Assembly (NCBI GenBank): GCA_040390065.1
Contig: JAZJZE010000006.1
Coordinates: forward strand, 1 to 64,000
Source: a bacterium
GTDB lineage: Archaea > Thermoplasmatota > E2 > JACPAO01 > JAHFTW01
Length of the DNA stretch: 64,000 bases
Direction: 5' to 3'
Part shown: one piece after another, positions 18,294 through 27,831 of the stretch
Layout of the letters: every line of letters starts with the position of its first letter
How positions within the stretch are numbered: the stretch's first letter is position 1
Notes under the pieces: generated by a model
What the model was told of the DNA's origin: nothing
Database searches by the model: none
The model's input: the letters and a program-made list of their open reading frames with translations, nothing else
Position numbers and translations under genes: made by a program

Positions 18294-20120
18294 TCACGCC
18301 GCGACGGCGTGCACGGGCTTCCCCTTCTCGCCGCTCTGGACGTTCCACAAGTCGGCGTAGACGCCGCCTTTCTTGACGAGTGCGTCGTGCGGCCCGCGTT
18401 CGACGATGACGCCGTCGACGATGACGAGGATCTCGTCGCTCTGGCGAACCGTGCTCAGCCGATGGGCCACTGCAAGTGTGATGCGGCCCTGGCGGAACTC
18501 GTGCAGGTTGCGCTGGATGAGCTCCTCCGTGCGTGTGTCGACGGCGGACGTCGCCTCGTCCAGGACCAGGATGGCCGGGTCGCGCAATATGGCGCGTGCC
18601 AGGCTGATGCGCTGGCGCTGTCCGCCCGAGAGTTTGAGGCCGCGCTCTCCGATGAGCGTCGCATAACCCTGTGGAAGTTCCTTGATGAATTCGGCGGCGC
18701 CGGCGATGCGGGCCGCCTCCTCCACCTTGGCGTCAGGAGCATCCGGGCTGCCTAGGCGGATGTTCTCGGCCACGGTGCCAGAAAACAGGAAGGCGTCCTG
18801 GCTGACGTAGCCGATGTGCCGGCGCAGGCTGGCGAGGGTGTACGCCGGAAGCTGCTTGCCATCGACGAGGACCTGGCCGCGCGTCGGCTCGTAGTAGCGC
18901 AGCAGCAGTTTGATGAGCGTGGACTTTCCGGCCCCGGTCGGGCCGACGACGCCGAGGACCTGGCCGCGCTGGATCGAGAAGGCAACCCCATGCAGGACGG
19001 CCTCGCGCTTGGCATAGCCGAAGTGGACGTCGCGGAACTCGATGGTCGACGGCGGGCCGGCAATTGGCTGCGCTTCTGCCGTGTCCTTGATGCTGGGTGC
19101 CGTGTCGAGGAGGTCCATGATGCGCTTGGCCGAGGCCTCGCTGCGCTGGATCTGGTTGAGGAGCATGCCGAGGATGAAGAGCGGCATGATGAGTCGCATG
19201 GCGTACAGGATGAAGGTCACGTAGTCACCAAGGCTTGGCCCGGCGCCCGAGAAGGTGAGCCAGCCACCGATGGCGATGATGAGCGCGAAACTGAGGCCGG
19301 CGACGACGTAGACCCACGGGATGAACTTCGTGCGCGTGACCGCCGTGGCGATGCCGGCGTCGCGGTACTCGGCGCTGCGAGCCGTCATGCGTTCCTGCTG
19401 CTGGGCTTCGGCCGTGTACGCTTGGATGACGGCGATGCCCTGCAGGTTGTTCTCGAGGATGGCGTTCATGGTGCCGACCGCTTCGCGCGTGCGGCGATAC
19501 TGAGGTTGCACGCGTTTGGCGAAGAAGCGCACGATGAACACGGCGATTGGCAGCGGGGCGAGCAGCACGAGGGCGAGGTGCCAATCCAGCCAGACCAGGA
19601 ATCCGTAGATGCCGACGAACGTCACGACGAGGCGCACGATGGAGGTCGTCGCGTCGCTCAGGAAGTTCTCCAGGTTGTCGACATCGCTGGACAGCACGGA
19701 CATGATGTCGCCGGCCTGGCGGTCCTCGAAGTAGCTCACGTCCAGCCGCTGCAGATGGGCGTACAGCTTGGTGCGGATGTCATGGCGCACTTTCTGGGCG
19801 AGGGTGTCCCAGGCGTAGTCGCTTGCGGACTGGAAGACGGCCAGGCCCACGAAGGTGCCGAAGATGGCGGCCCCGAACCAGGCAAAATCCCGCACGGGGA
19901 CGTTGGAGATGCCGCCGGGCTGCGAGATGCGGTCGATGATGAAGCCGACGATGAGCATCGGCAGAAGGTCGAAGACGCGGGCCATCGCGTTGGTTGCAAG
20001 CCCCACGGCGACGCGGCCCCGATACGGCCGGACGAAGGGGACGATGCGCCAGAGCTGGCGGCCAAGGGTGCGGTGTGGTAGCTCCGTCGGGGCCGCGGAC
20101 GGGTTCGGGGAGGATGCCAA
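18294..20120 (-). CDS. ABC exporter, fused permease/ATPase (MsbA/Sav1866-like)
   Basis: Multi-pass TM N-terminal half, GPTGAGKST, LSGGQRQR, LVLDEATSAVD and AHRLST. Confidence 0.93.
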   Translation of the reverse strand: MASSPNPSAAPTELPHRTLGRQLWRIVPFVRPYRGRVAVGLATNAMARVFDLLPMLIVGFIIDRISQPGGISNVPVRDFAWFGAAIFGTFVGLAVFQSASDYAWDTLAQKVRHDIRTKLYAHLQRLDVSYFEDRQAGDIMSVLSSDVDNLENFLSDATTSIVRLVVTFVGIYGFLVWLDWHLALVLLAPLPIAVFIVRFFAKRVQPQYRRTREAVGTMNAILENNLQGIAVIQAYTAEAQQQERMTARSAEYRDAGIATAVTRTKFIPWVYVVAGLSFALIIAIGGWLTFSGAGPSLGDYVTFILYAMRLIMPLFILGMLLNQIQRSEASAKRIMDLLDTAPSIKDTAEAQPIAGPPSTIEFRDVHFGYAKREAVLHGVAFSIQRGQVLGVVGPTGAGKSTLIKLLLRYYEPTRGQVLVDGKQLPAYTLASLRRHIGYVSQDAFLFSGTVAENIRLGSPDAPDAKVEEAARIAGAAEFIKELPQGYATLIGERGLKLSGGQRQRISLARAILRDPAILVLDEATSAVDTRTEELIQRNLHEFRQGRITLAVAHRLSTVRQSDEILVIVDGVIVERGPHDALVKKGGVYADLWNVQSGEKGKPVHAVAA

Positions 20121-20168
20121 CGGCGCTGGGACGCAACTCCAAGGGAAAAACGGTCGTCTGCGGGCACC

Positions 20169-20792
20169 CTATGGCAACGGGACGCGCTTGGCGAGCACGC
20201 GCAGCGTCGCCGGGGTCCGCCAGACGACGAGGAAGCCGATGACGACGGATGGAACGGCCAGGCCGCCAACGAGGAGTTCGGGGATGGCGACCCCCATCAC
20301 GACCGGCCCTCGCAGGTACCCGATGACCTTCTCCTCCAGCAGGGCGTTCTGCAGGAACAGCACGATGTTGGCGAAGAACAAGAACATCAGCCACTGCGTG
20401 TACAGGCGCGCAAGTTCCGGGTGGTCGGCCGTCGCGAACTGGCTGGCGCCCCACAGGATGATGGCGATTCCCAGCGTGTCGAACATTGCGTCGAGCACCG
20501 CGCCGCTTTTCGACTCCAGCTTGCCGACGCGGGCCAGGATCCCGTCGCCGCCGTCGAGGACGATGACGAGGATGGTCGAGAGCGCGAAGATCCAGCGCCA
20601 GACTGGTTCGTTGGCCGAACTCGCGTGCAGGGCGGCTTCGATTTCGACGAGGAAGACGGGCAGCTGCAGGAAGGTGAAGTGGTTCGGATGCACGCCGCGC
20701 TCCAACAGCCAGCGCGCGCCGCGCTCGAAGCTGCGGTCATAGGTCCCCTCCTTCGATTCGCGCACACGGCGACGCAGAAGCGGCGGGCTCAT
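20169..20792 (-). CDS. CDP-alcohol phosphatidyltransferase family protein
   Basis: HPNHFT and signature DGGDGILAR...GAVLDAMFD. ATG overlaps the cysS stop. Confidence 0.88.
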   Translation of the reverse strand: MSPPLLRRRVRESKEGTYDRSFERGARWLLERGVHPNHFTFLQLPVFLVEIEAALHASSANEPVWRWIFALSTILVIVLDGGDGILARVGKLESKSGAVLDAMFDTLGIAIILWGASQFATADHPELARLYTQWLMFLFFANIVLFLQNALLEEKVIGYLRGPVVMGVAIPELLVGGLAVPSVVIGFLVVWRTPATLRVLAKRVPLP

Positions 20793-22336
20793 GCCTTGCG
20801 CCACCGCACGCCGGTCGGCGTGTCCTCCATCAGGTAGCCAGCCGCCTTGACCGCATCACGGATGGCGTCCGAGCGCGGCCAGTCCTTGGCCGATCGAGCT
20901 TCGACGCGCGCATCGGCGATCAGGCGCTGCAACGTCGACTCGCTGGCGTCCCCTTCGATGCGCAGACCAAGCTTCGACGCGACGGCAAGCAGGGCCGTCG
21001 CCTCGCCCGGTGCCCGCAAGGGCTTGTCGAACAGTGTCAGGAATCGCCCGCACCGCTCGAAAGCCGCCAGGGCCTGCGCGGCGGCGCCGGAGCCGAGGGG
21101 CTTGTCCGGCCGTTGGCCGTCCAGGGCTGCGTTGGCCCAGCGCTGGAAGGCGTGCAAGGCCGCAATCGCGCCGGGCGTGTGGAAATCGTCGTCCATCGCG
21201 GCTTCGACGTCGCGTTCCAGAGCGGCGCAAGCGTCCCCCAGCGGCCCGTCGATGTCGGCGCAGCCAATCTTCGGTGTCGCGGCGGCCTCCGAGAGAAGCT
21301 GCCTGGTGCGCTCCAGCCGTTCGTGGGCGCGCATCGCTTCGGCGAGCCCCTTTCGCGAGAAGTCGATCTTGGAGCGGTAATGCGTCTGCAGGAAGTAGAG
21401 GCGCAGCGCCGCGGGGTCCGTACCGGCCCTGGAGAGTTCGTCCAGCAGGGACTCGAGCGTGATGAAGTTCCCCAACGACTTGGACATCTTCTCGCCGTCG
21501 ACGTTCAGGAACCCCGTGTGCATCCAGACATTGACGAAGGGGGCCTTGCCGGTCTTGGCTTGGCTCTGCGCGATCTCGTTCTCGTGGTGGGGGAAGATGA
21601 GGTCCTGGCCGCCGCCGTGGATGTCGATCTGGTCGCCCAGCGCCCGCGTCGCCATGAGGCTACACTCGATGTGCCAACCGGGGCGGCCCCGTCCCCAAGG
21701 CGACTCCCAGTTCGCATCCAGGTGGTCGCCGGCGTCGGCAGATTTCCACAACGCGAAGTCTGCCGGGTGCCGCTTGTCGCCTTCCACGTCCTTGCGCGTG
21801 CCGGCCTCCATCTCGCGGTAATCGCGGTTCGACAACGAGCCGTAGCCGCATGCCTTGAACGCGGCTTGCGCCGTGGCTTCGTAGGCCGGGACGTCGAAGT
21901 AGACGTTGCCTTCCGGCGTGGCGTACGCGGAGCCTTGCTTCACTATGGATTGGATGAAGGCGATGATGTCGGGCACCGACGTCGTCACGTGCGGCGTCTC
22001 ATGCGCTGGCCGGATGCCGAGCCGGACCATCTGGGCGGCGCAGCGCTCGCCCCATTCCTTGGCGTGCGCCCGGGGCGAGACTCCCCGCTCCTTAGCCCGC
22101 GTCAGGATCTTGTCTTCCACATCCGTCACGTTCTGCACGTGCCGCAGGCGCCCCGGGTAGCAGTGTTCGAGCCAGCGCCGGATGACCTCGAACGGCACGT
22201 ACGTGCGGGCATGGCCGATGTGGACGTGGTCGTAGACGGTAAGGCCGCAGACGTACATGCCAATGGGCCCCTCGGGGGACAGCGGGGCAAATGGCTCCTT
22301 GCGGCGGGTCCGGACGTTGAACACCTGCAGGCCCAC
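20789..22336 (-). CDS. cysS: cysteine--tRNA ligase
   Basis: MYVCGLTVYD..HIGH, DFALWK, PGWHIECS, HGGGQDLIFPHHENE and KMSKS. Confidence 0.96.
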   Translation of the reverse strand: MGLQVFNVRTRRKEPFAPLSPEGPIGMYVCGLTVYDHVHIGHARTYVPFEVIRRWLEHCYPGRLRHVQNVTDVEDKILTRAKERGVSPRAHAKEWGERCAAQMVRLGIRPAHETPHVTTSVPDIIAFIQSIVKQGSAYATPEGNVYFDVPAYEATAQAAFKACGYGSLSNRDYREMEAGTRKDVEGDKRHPADFALWKSADAGDHLDANWESPWGRGRPGWHIECSLMATRALGDQIDIHGGGQDLIFPHHENEIAQSQAKTGKAPFVNVWMHTGFLNVDGEKMSKSLGNFITLESLLDELSRAGTDPAALRLYFLQTHYRSKIDFSRKGLAEAMRAHERLERTRQLLSEAAATPKIGCADIDGPLGDACAALERDVEAAMDDDFHTPGAIAALHAFQRWANAALDGQRPDKPLGSGAAAQALAAFERCGRFLTLFDKPLRAPGEATALLAVASKLGLRIEGDASESTLQRLIADARVEARSAKDWPRSDAIRDAVKAAGYLMEDTPTGVRWRKA

Positions 22337-22473
22337 GCCGGGCCCACGCCGGGGGGTGTCAAAGGATTGCTGGCTCCAACAGGCCCCGGGCGGCCATGGC
22401 GCGTTTGGCCGCCCCCGGCGATTCGGGCCCTTCCTATCCACAGCGGTCATGACCGGGACGTCGATGGTCGGGC

Positions 22474-24105
22474 ATGCGTGGAGTCCTGCGTTTCAGCAAG
22501 GTGGTCATGCTCCTCGGTGTGCTCGTTCTGGCGGGGGCCCAGGTTTCTCCGGGCGCCAAGGCGACATCAGGCACGCCCCCGGCCGGTCCCGGCCTGACCG
22601 GAGCCTGGGTCGGAAACTACCTGGGCCCGCCCAACCAGGACACGGGCCACTACGCCTTCGCCGTCATCGGCAGCGGGACGGACGCCTACGTCTATCCGCA
22701 CAGTGTGCTCGGCCTCATGGAAGACATCCACACGGAGCCGACGGGCCTCGCCTCTGCGGTCACCTACGGTGCAGCCGTTTCCCTGTTCGAATTCATCGGG
22801 CCCGCCACGGACGGCAAGTACCAAGCAGTCCCCGACGCGCACTGCGGCCACCTGTCACACTGCATCTACCTCGTCGGAGGCGAGGACACGTCCGGGACGC
22901 GGGCAACTATCACGCGGCTCGACCTGGCAGCCGGCACGGCGACGACGGCCGCGACGATGCCCGTGGCGCGCAGCCATGCCGCCGCCGTGTGGATGAGTCC
23001 CTTCGTCTACATCTTCGGCGGCCAGGATGGTTCGGGGACGCCCCTGTCATCTATCCTGCGCTTCGACCCCGCGTCCGGGACCGTGGCGACGGATCCGGCA
23101 GTCCTCCCGACGGCCACGACGGACCTGATGGCCATCGATTTCGGCGGCCGCATCCTCGTCATGGGCGGCCAAGACGCGAGCGGCACCCCAACCGACCACG
23201 TGTACTCCTTCGACCCGGGAGCCGATGCCTTGACGCCACGGCCTGCCCTCGCGTATGCGGTCGCATCCGCCGGCATCGCGAGCGACCGGGTCAACATCTT
23301 CGTCCTTGGTGGCGTCGCGGAAGACCGCATCCAGAAGTACGACCCGGTGACGGGGACCGCGACCGCCATGGCCGTGACGATGGCGCACGAGCGGCAAGGC
23401 ATGGCAGCGTGGTCGACCATCAACGGCCCCCACATGCTGAGCCCGACGTATCCCATCACGCCAATCCTCGACTACGTCTACATCGGCATGGCAGGCGGAC
23501 GCGACACGGCAACCGGCAACGACCTCGTCGGAATGTCCACCTATGCACCGCGCCCACCTGTGGCTCCGGTCACGGCGACGGTGCTGCCGGGTGGCCTCGT
23601 CACCGTGCAATGGACGGCGCCACCGGCGAACACGTACTCGCAACTCGTGGTGTACAACGTCTGGCGCGGCGACAGCCCCTGGGAATCCGATGCGATGGCG
23701 ACGTGGCAGGTCGCGCCCACGATGACCACGTTCACGGATCACCCGCCCGCGGGCGGACCCTACCGGTACTGGGTGAGCGCACGCGACATTTCGGGGAATT
23801 CCAACCCGCAATCCGCCGTGGCCTCGACACCCGTCTGTCCGCCGCCGCAGCAAGGCACCCCTCCCGCTTGCGTCGGTGACGACCAGGATGGCGACGGCGT
23901 GTCCGATGCGGCGGACGACTGCCCGGCCGACGCAGACGCATCGCAATCGGACAGCGATGGCGACGGTCTTGGCGACGCCTGCGACCCCGATGACGACGGC
24001 GACGGCGTCGACGACAGCCAGGAGCCGTTCATCTGCGCCAACGAGAATCCCTTCACCCCACTCGACGGCCATTGCGTGGGCAATGACTACTTCCCACCGC
24101 CATGA
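22474..24105 (+). CDS. secreted Kelch-repeat/FN3-like protein with TSP3-like repeat and CANENP C-terminal tag
   Basis: Signal peptide, Kelch blades (IYLVGG, VYIFGG, ILVMGG, IFVLGG), FN3-like VQWTAP...YRYWVSA, and DQDGDGVSD..DDC. Confidence 0.8.
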   Translation: MRGVLRFSKVVMLLGVLVLAGAQVSPGAKATSGTPPAGPGLTGAWVGNYLGPPNQDTGHYAFAVIGSGTDAYVYPHSVLGLMEDIHTEPTGLASAVTYGAAVSLFEFIGPATDGKYQAVPDAHCGHLSHCIYLVGGEDTSGTRATITRLDLAAGTATTAATMPVARSHAAAVWMSPFVYIFGGQDGSGTPLSSILRFDPASGTVATDPAVLPTATTDLMAIDFGGRILVMGGQDASGTPTDHVYSFDPGADALTPRPALAYAVASAGIASDRVNIFVLGGVAEDRIQKYDPVTGTATAMAVTMAHERQGMAAWSTINGPHMLSPTYPITPILDYVYIGMAGGRDTATGNDLVGMSTYAPRPPVAPVTATVLPGGLVTVQWTAPPANTYSQLVVYNVWRGDSPWESDAMATWQVAPTMTTFTDHPPAGGPYRYWVSARDISGNSNPQSAVASTPVCPPPQQGTPPACVGDDQDGDGVSDAADDCPADADASQSDSDGDGLGDACDPDDDGDGVDDSQEPFICANENPFTPLDGHCVGNDYFPPP

Positions 24106-24120
24106 GGTGTCGGAGCGTTG

Positions 24121-24210
24121 CACGCGCAACCGGGCCCAACGTAGCCAGAACCACTTAATGTCGCAACGCGATGGAAAGGGTTGGCTGAGGAGTCGGCCGG
24201 AGTGGTTGTC
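24121..24210 (+). promoter_or_regulatory. duplicated promoter/leader (copy 1)
   Basis: CACGCGCAACCGGGCCC..TAGCCAGAACCACTTAAT...GTGGTTG, homologous to 25961-26050, with TATA-like CTTAAT. Confidence 0.7.
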
Positions 24211-25854
24211 ATGCGTGCCCGCACTGCTAGCGCGATTCTCGTGATTGTATTCGCCTTCATGCCCCTGGCGGCGCCCCACGCCCAAGCGGCGCCATGGGTG
24301 CAACTGAGCGAAGGCTGCCAGGCCGGAATCGACGGCGGTTCCGTGAGCGCGACACCGTTCAACGTCGTCTGGACCGACATGGCGGTCTGCGTCGATCCCG
24401 ACCAACCCAGCGTCTGCGTGGACGGCGCCGCGACCGGAACGATTTCCTCCGGCATCCTGCTCAACGAGGCGACCGCCTACTCCGGATCGTGCACCGAAGG
24501 CTGCAGCCACATGCAGACCCAATCCGTCCTCAAGGTGCTCCTCGGATCCCTGGTGCAGGCGTTCGTCTCCGACCACACCGAGTGGAGCCAATGCCCAACG
24601 CCGGATGGAGGCACGTCGTGCCCGCCGCCATATGTGATCGTCACGCCGGTGGGGACTTTCGACAATCCGTACACGTGTGCCGTGTCCGGCTGCGGCGGCG
24701 GACCGCCAAGCATCGAGCTGTGGGGAACGCCCCTGGTGTGCTGGCCGCCCGGGTTCGATTACTGCCCTGATGGCCTCGGCGCCGTGACGCCGGCCGGTCC
24801 CCTGTGCATGGAACTCGACTTCTGTCCGCCTCCTGACCAGGGCGTCGTCATTGATTCCGTCATGCTCTGCCTGCCGCCCTGCCCGCCCGGCGACATCGGT
24901 CCGGGGTCACCGGCCTGCGTTCCGCCGCCGGTTCCGTGCACGTTGCCGGAGCTCGGATTGGAGCCTGATTGCATCGTCCCGTGCACGCCGCCGGACTTGG
25001 GCTACAAGCCGGCTTGCGTGCCGGGGCCCGTGCCATGCACCTTCCCTGAATTGGGTCTCGAACCAGATTGCATCATCCCATGCACGGCCCCGGACGTCGG
25101 CTACGAGCCGAATTGCCTCGCGCCGCCCGTTCCGTGTACGCCGCCCGCGATTGGCCTGGAGCCGGATTGCCCGGTTCCGTGCACGCCGCCGGACGTGGGC
25201 TTCGAGCCCGACTGTGCGGGGCCGCCCACGCCGTGCACGCTCCCCGAGGTCGGCATCGAGCCGGACTGCCTGGTGCCTTGTGCGGCGCCGGACGTCGGCT
25301 ACGAACCGAACTGTGTCACGCCGCCGGTTCCGTGCACGCCGCCTGCCATCGGCCTCGAACCTGACTGCCTGGTTCCGTGTACGCCGCCGGACGTCGGCTT
25401 CGAGCCTGATTGCGGCCTGACCCCCGTACCGTGCACATTCCCGGAGATTGGCATTGAGCCGGATTGCATGGTGCCTTGTGCGGCGCCGGACGTCGGCTAC
25501 GAGCCGAATTGTGTGACGCCGCCGGTTCCGTGCACGCCGCCTGCCGTCGGCCTCGAACCTGACTGCCTGGTTCCGTGCACGCCGCCGGACGTTGGCTTCC
25601 AGCCGGACTGCCAGCCAGCGGACGACGATGCGGACGATGACGGCGTCTCCGATGCTGTGGACAATTGTCCGGGCGTCCCGAACGGTGACCAAGCCGACCA
25701 AGACGGCGACGGCGTCGGCGATGCCTGCGACCCTGACGATGACGGCGACGGCATCCCGGACGACTTGGAGCCTACGCTATGCGCCAACGAGAACCCCCTG
25801 ACCCCGCTCGACGGCACCTGCGTCGGCGACGACTATACGCCGCCGCACCCATAG
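24211..25854 (+). CDS. secreted Cys/Pro-rich repeat protein with CANENP C-terminal tag
   Basis: Signal peptide ending AQA, 14 C-x10-C units, one TSP3-like repeat and the shared C-terminal motif. Confidence 0.85.
   Translation: MRARTASAILVIVFAFMPLAAPHAQAAPWVQLSEGCQAGIDGGSVSATPFNVVWTDMAVCVDPDQPSVCVDGAATGTISSGILLNEATAYSGSCTEGCSHMQTQSVLKVLLGSLVQAFVSDHTEWSQCPTPDGGTSCPPPYVIVTPVGTFDNPYTCAVSGCGGGPPSIELWGTPLVCWPPGFDYCPDGLGAVTPAGPLCMELDFCPPPDQGVVIDSVMLCLPPCPPGDIGPGSPACVPPPVPCTLPELGLEPDCIVPCTPPDLGYKPACVPGPVPCTFPELGLEPDCIIPCTAPDVGYEPNCLAPPVPCTPPAIGLEPDCPVPCTPPDVGFEPDCAGPPTPCTLPEVGIEPDCLVPCAAPDVGYEPNCVTPPVPCTPPAIGLEPDCLVPCTPPDVGFEPDCGLTPVPCTFPEIGIEPDCMVPCAAPDVGYEPNCVTPPVPCTPPAVGLEPDCLVPCTPPDVGFQPDCQPADDDADDDGVSDAVDNCPGVPNGDQADQDGDGVGDACDPDDDGDGIPDDLEPTLCANENPLTPLDGTCVGDDYTPPHP
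24937..25611 (+). repeat. 99-bp-period coding tandem repeat (14 x C-x10-C)
   Basis: [12 protein letters not shown]-type units with alternating 3- and 6-aa linkers. Confidence 0.92.
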
Positions 25855-25960
25855 TCGTTGGACGACACGATCGATATCTCGGGCACCCAGCTGGAAGGCC
25901 TCATGCGGCCCGCCCGTGCGGACGCTTCTCTGCGCGCGCATCCGCGCCGGCACTCCGATC

Positions 25961-26050
25961 CACGCGCAATCGGGCCCGAACTAGCCAGCACCACTTAATC
26001 CCCCAACGCAATGCGAAGAGTCGGCCGAGAGTTCGGCCTGGGTGGTTGGA
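25961..26050 (+). promoter_or_regulatory. duplicated promoter/leader (copy 2)
   Basis: CACGCGCAATCGGGCCC..TAGCCAGCACCACTTAAT...GTGGTTG. Confidence 0.7.
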
Positions 26051-27820
26051 ATGACTCGAAGGATGTCCACTGTCGCTACGCTGTTGCTGTTTGCATTCAT
26101 GTCCATGGTCGTGCCTGCGGCGCATGCTTCGCCGCCACCGCCGTACGTGCAGTTGAGCCAAGACTGCCAAGTCGGTGTGCCAGGTGCCAGCGGAACCCTT
26201 GGCCCGGCGTCGTATGGCATCACCGACCAGCAGGTCTGCATCGACCCGGACCACCCGCACGTCTGCATCGACGGCGCGACGGCCGTGAAGGTGGTCACCT
26301 CCGTGGCCACCGCGAACGCAAAGACCGCCGGATCGTGCACGGAGGACTGCACCAACAACGTGGTCAACGCGGGAGGCAGCGTCAATGCGCTGCCCGTCAT
26401 CGTCGGCTCCATTTCGGATGGTGGCGGCTTCCACCAGTGTCCGACACCGGATGGGGGCGTCCGCTGCTTCCCCACCTTCCACTTCGACACAATCGTAGGT
26501 CCCGTCGACGACTCCATCTTCACGTGCTCGACGGTCGCGGCCTGCGCGGTCGGGACGGTCGAGGTCGCCCGCATCGAGGGCATCCCGATCTGCATCCAGC
26601 CCGGGACGTTGGACCCATGCCCTGGCGGCGACCTCGGCGTCGTCGTGCTCGGCAACCCGGTCTGCCATGAGGTCGACTTCTGTCCGCCGCCCGACCAGGG
26701 CGTCGTCATCGATTCCATCGTGACGTGCCTGCCGCCGTGCCCGCCCGGCGACACCGGCCCCGGCGTGCCTCTGTGTGTCCCGGGCTCGTGCAGTTCCGTG
26801 TCACTCCTCCTCTACCTGCTCAACGCGGACTGGCTGCACGACGGCTTCCAGCCGAGCAACTGCGTCCCGCCGAACCCGGGTGCGTGCTCGGTCGACCCGT
26901 TCCTCGACGCCCTGTGCGTGTGCCTTGGCTTCGGCAGCATCAATGACTTCCTCGGGTCGCCCCACACGATTCCGTGGCCGGCGGACTGCGTCGTGCAGCC
27001 TTGCACGGCCCCTGCGATGGGACTCGAGCCCGTCTGCGTGACGCCCTGTACTTTGCCGGACGTCGGGTTCGAGCCGAACTGCGTGACGCCCCCGGTCCCC
27101 TGCACCCCACCGACCGTCGGCTTTGAGCCGGACTGCATGGTTCCGTGCACGCCGCCGGATGTCGGCTTCGAACCCGACTGCAACACCACGCCGACGCCCT
27201 GCACACCCCCAGAACTTGGCATCGAGCCGAATTGCATCGTAACCTGCACGGCCCCGGACGTCGGCTACGAGCCGAACTGCGTCACGCCGCCGGTTCCATG
27301 CGCCCCGCCTGCCATCGGTCTCGAACCGGACTGCATCGTTCCGTGTACCGCGCCGGACGTCGGCTACGAGCCGAACTGCGTGACCCCGCCGGTCCCGTGC
27401 ACTCCCCCAGCGATTGGCCTGGAACCGGATTGCATGGTGCCGTGCACGCCGCCCGACGTCGGATTCGAGCCGGATTGTGGTACGACGCCCGTCCCGTGCA
27501 CTCCCCCGGCCATCGGCCTCGAGCCTGACTGCATGGTTCCGTGCACCCCGCCGGACGTCGGCTTCCAGCCGGACTGCCAACCCGTCGACGACGATGCGGA
27601 TGACGATGGCGTCTCCGACCCGGTGGACAATTGCCCCGGCATCCCGAACGGCGACCAAGCCGACCAGGACGGCGACGGCGTCGGCGACGCCTGTGACCCT
27701 GACGATGACGGCGACGGCGTCCCCGACGACTTGGAGCCGACCGTCTGCGCCAACGAGAATCCACTGACGCCACTAGACGGCACGTGCGTCGGCGACGACT
27801 ACACGCCGCCGCACCCGTAG
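26051..27820 (+). CDS. secreted Cys/Pro-rich repeat protein, paralog of 24211-25854
   Basis: Signal peptide ending AHA, shared blocks QCPTPDGG and [14 protein letters not shown], 12 C-x10-C units and the same C-terminus. Confidence 0.85.
   Translation: MTRRMSTVATLLLFAFMSMVVPAAHASPPPPYVQLSQDCQVGVPGASGTLGPASYGITDQQVCIDPDHPHVCIDGATAVKVVTSVATANAKTAGSCTEDCTNNVVNAGGSVNALPVIVGSISDGGGFHQCPTPDGGVRCFPTFHFDTIVGPVDDSIFTCSTVAACAVGTVEVARIEGIPICIQPGTLDPCPGGDLGVVVLGNPVCHEVDFCPPPDQGVVIDSIVTCLPPCPPGDTGPGVPLCVPGSCSSVSLLLYLLNADWLHDGFQPSNCVPPNPGACSVDPFLDALCVCLGFGSINDFLGSPHTIPWPADCVVQPCTAPAMGLEPVCVTPCTLPDVGFEPNCVTPPVPCTPPTVGFEPDCMVPCTPPDVGFEPDCNTTPTPCTPPELGIEPNCIVTCTAPDVGYEPNCVTPPVPCAPPAIGLEPDCIVPCTAPDVGYEPNCVTPPVPCTPPAIGLEPDCMVPCTPPDVGFEPDCGTTPVPCTPPAIGLEPDCMVPCTPPDVGFQPDCQPVDDDADDDGVSDPVDNCPGIPNGDQADQDGDGVGDACDPDDDGDGVPDDLEPTVCANENPLTPLDGTCVGDDYTPPHP
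27002..27577 (+). repeat. 99-bp-period coding tandem repeat (12 x C-x10-C)
   Basis: Same unit as 24937-25611. Confidence 0.92.
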
Positions 27821-27831
27821 GGCGTGATTCA

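Noticed and set aside
22330-22352. Short direct repeat GGCCCACGCCG x2 at the cysS start
   Set aside because: Too short and GC-rich to distinguish from chance or local slippage.
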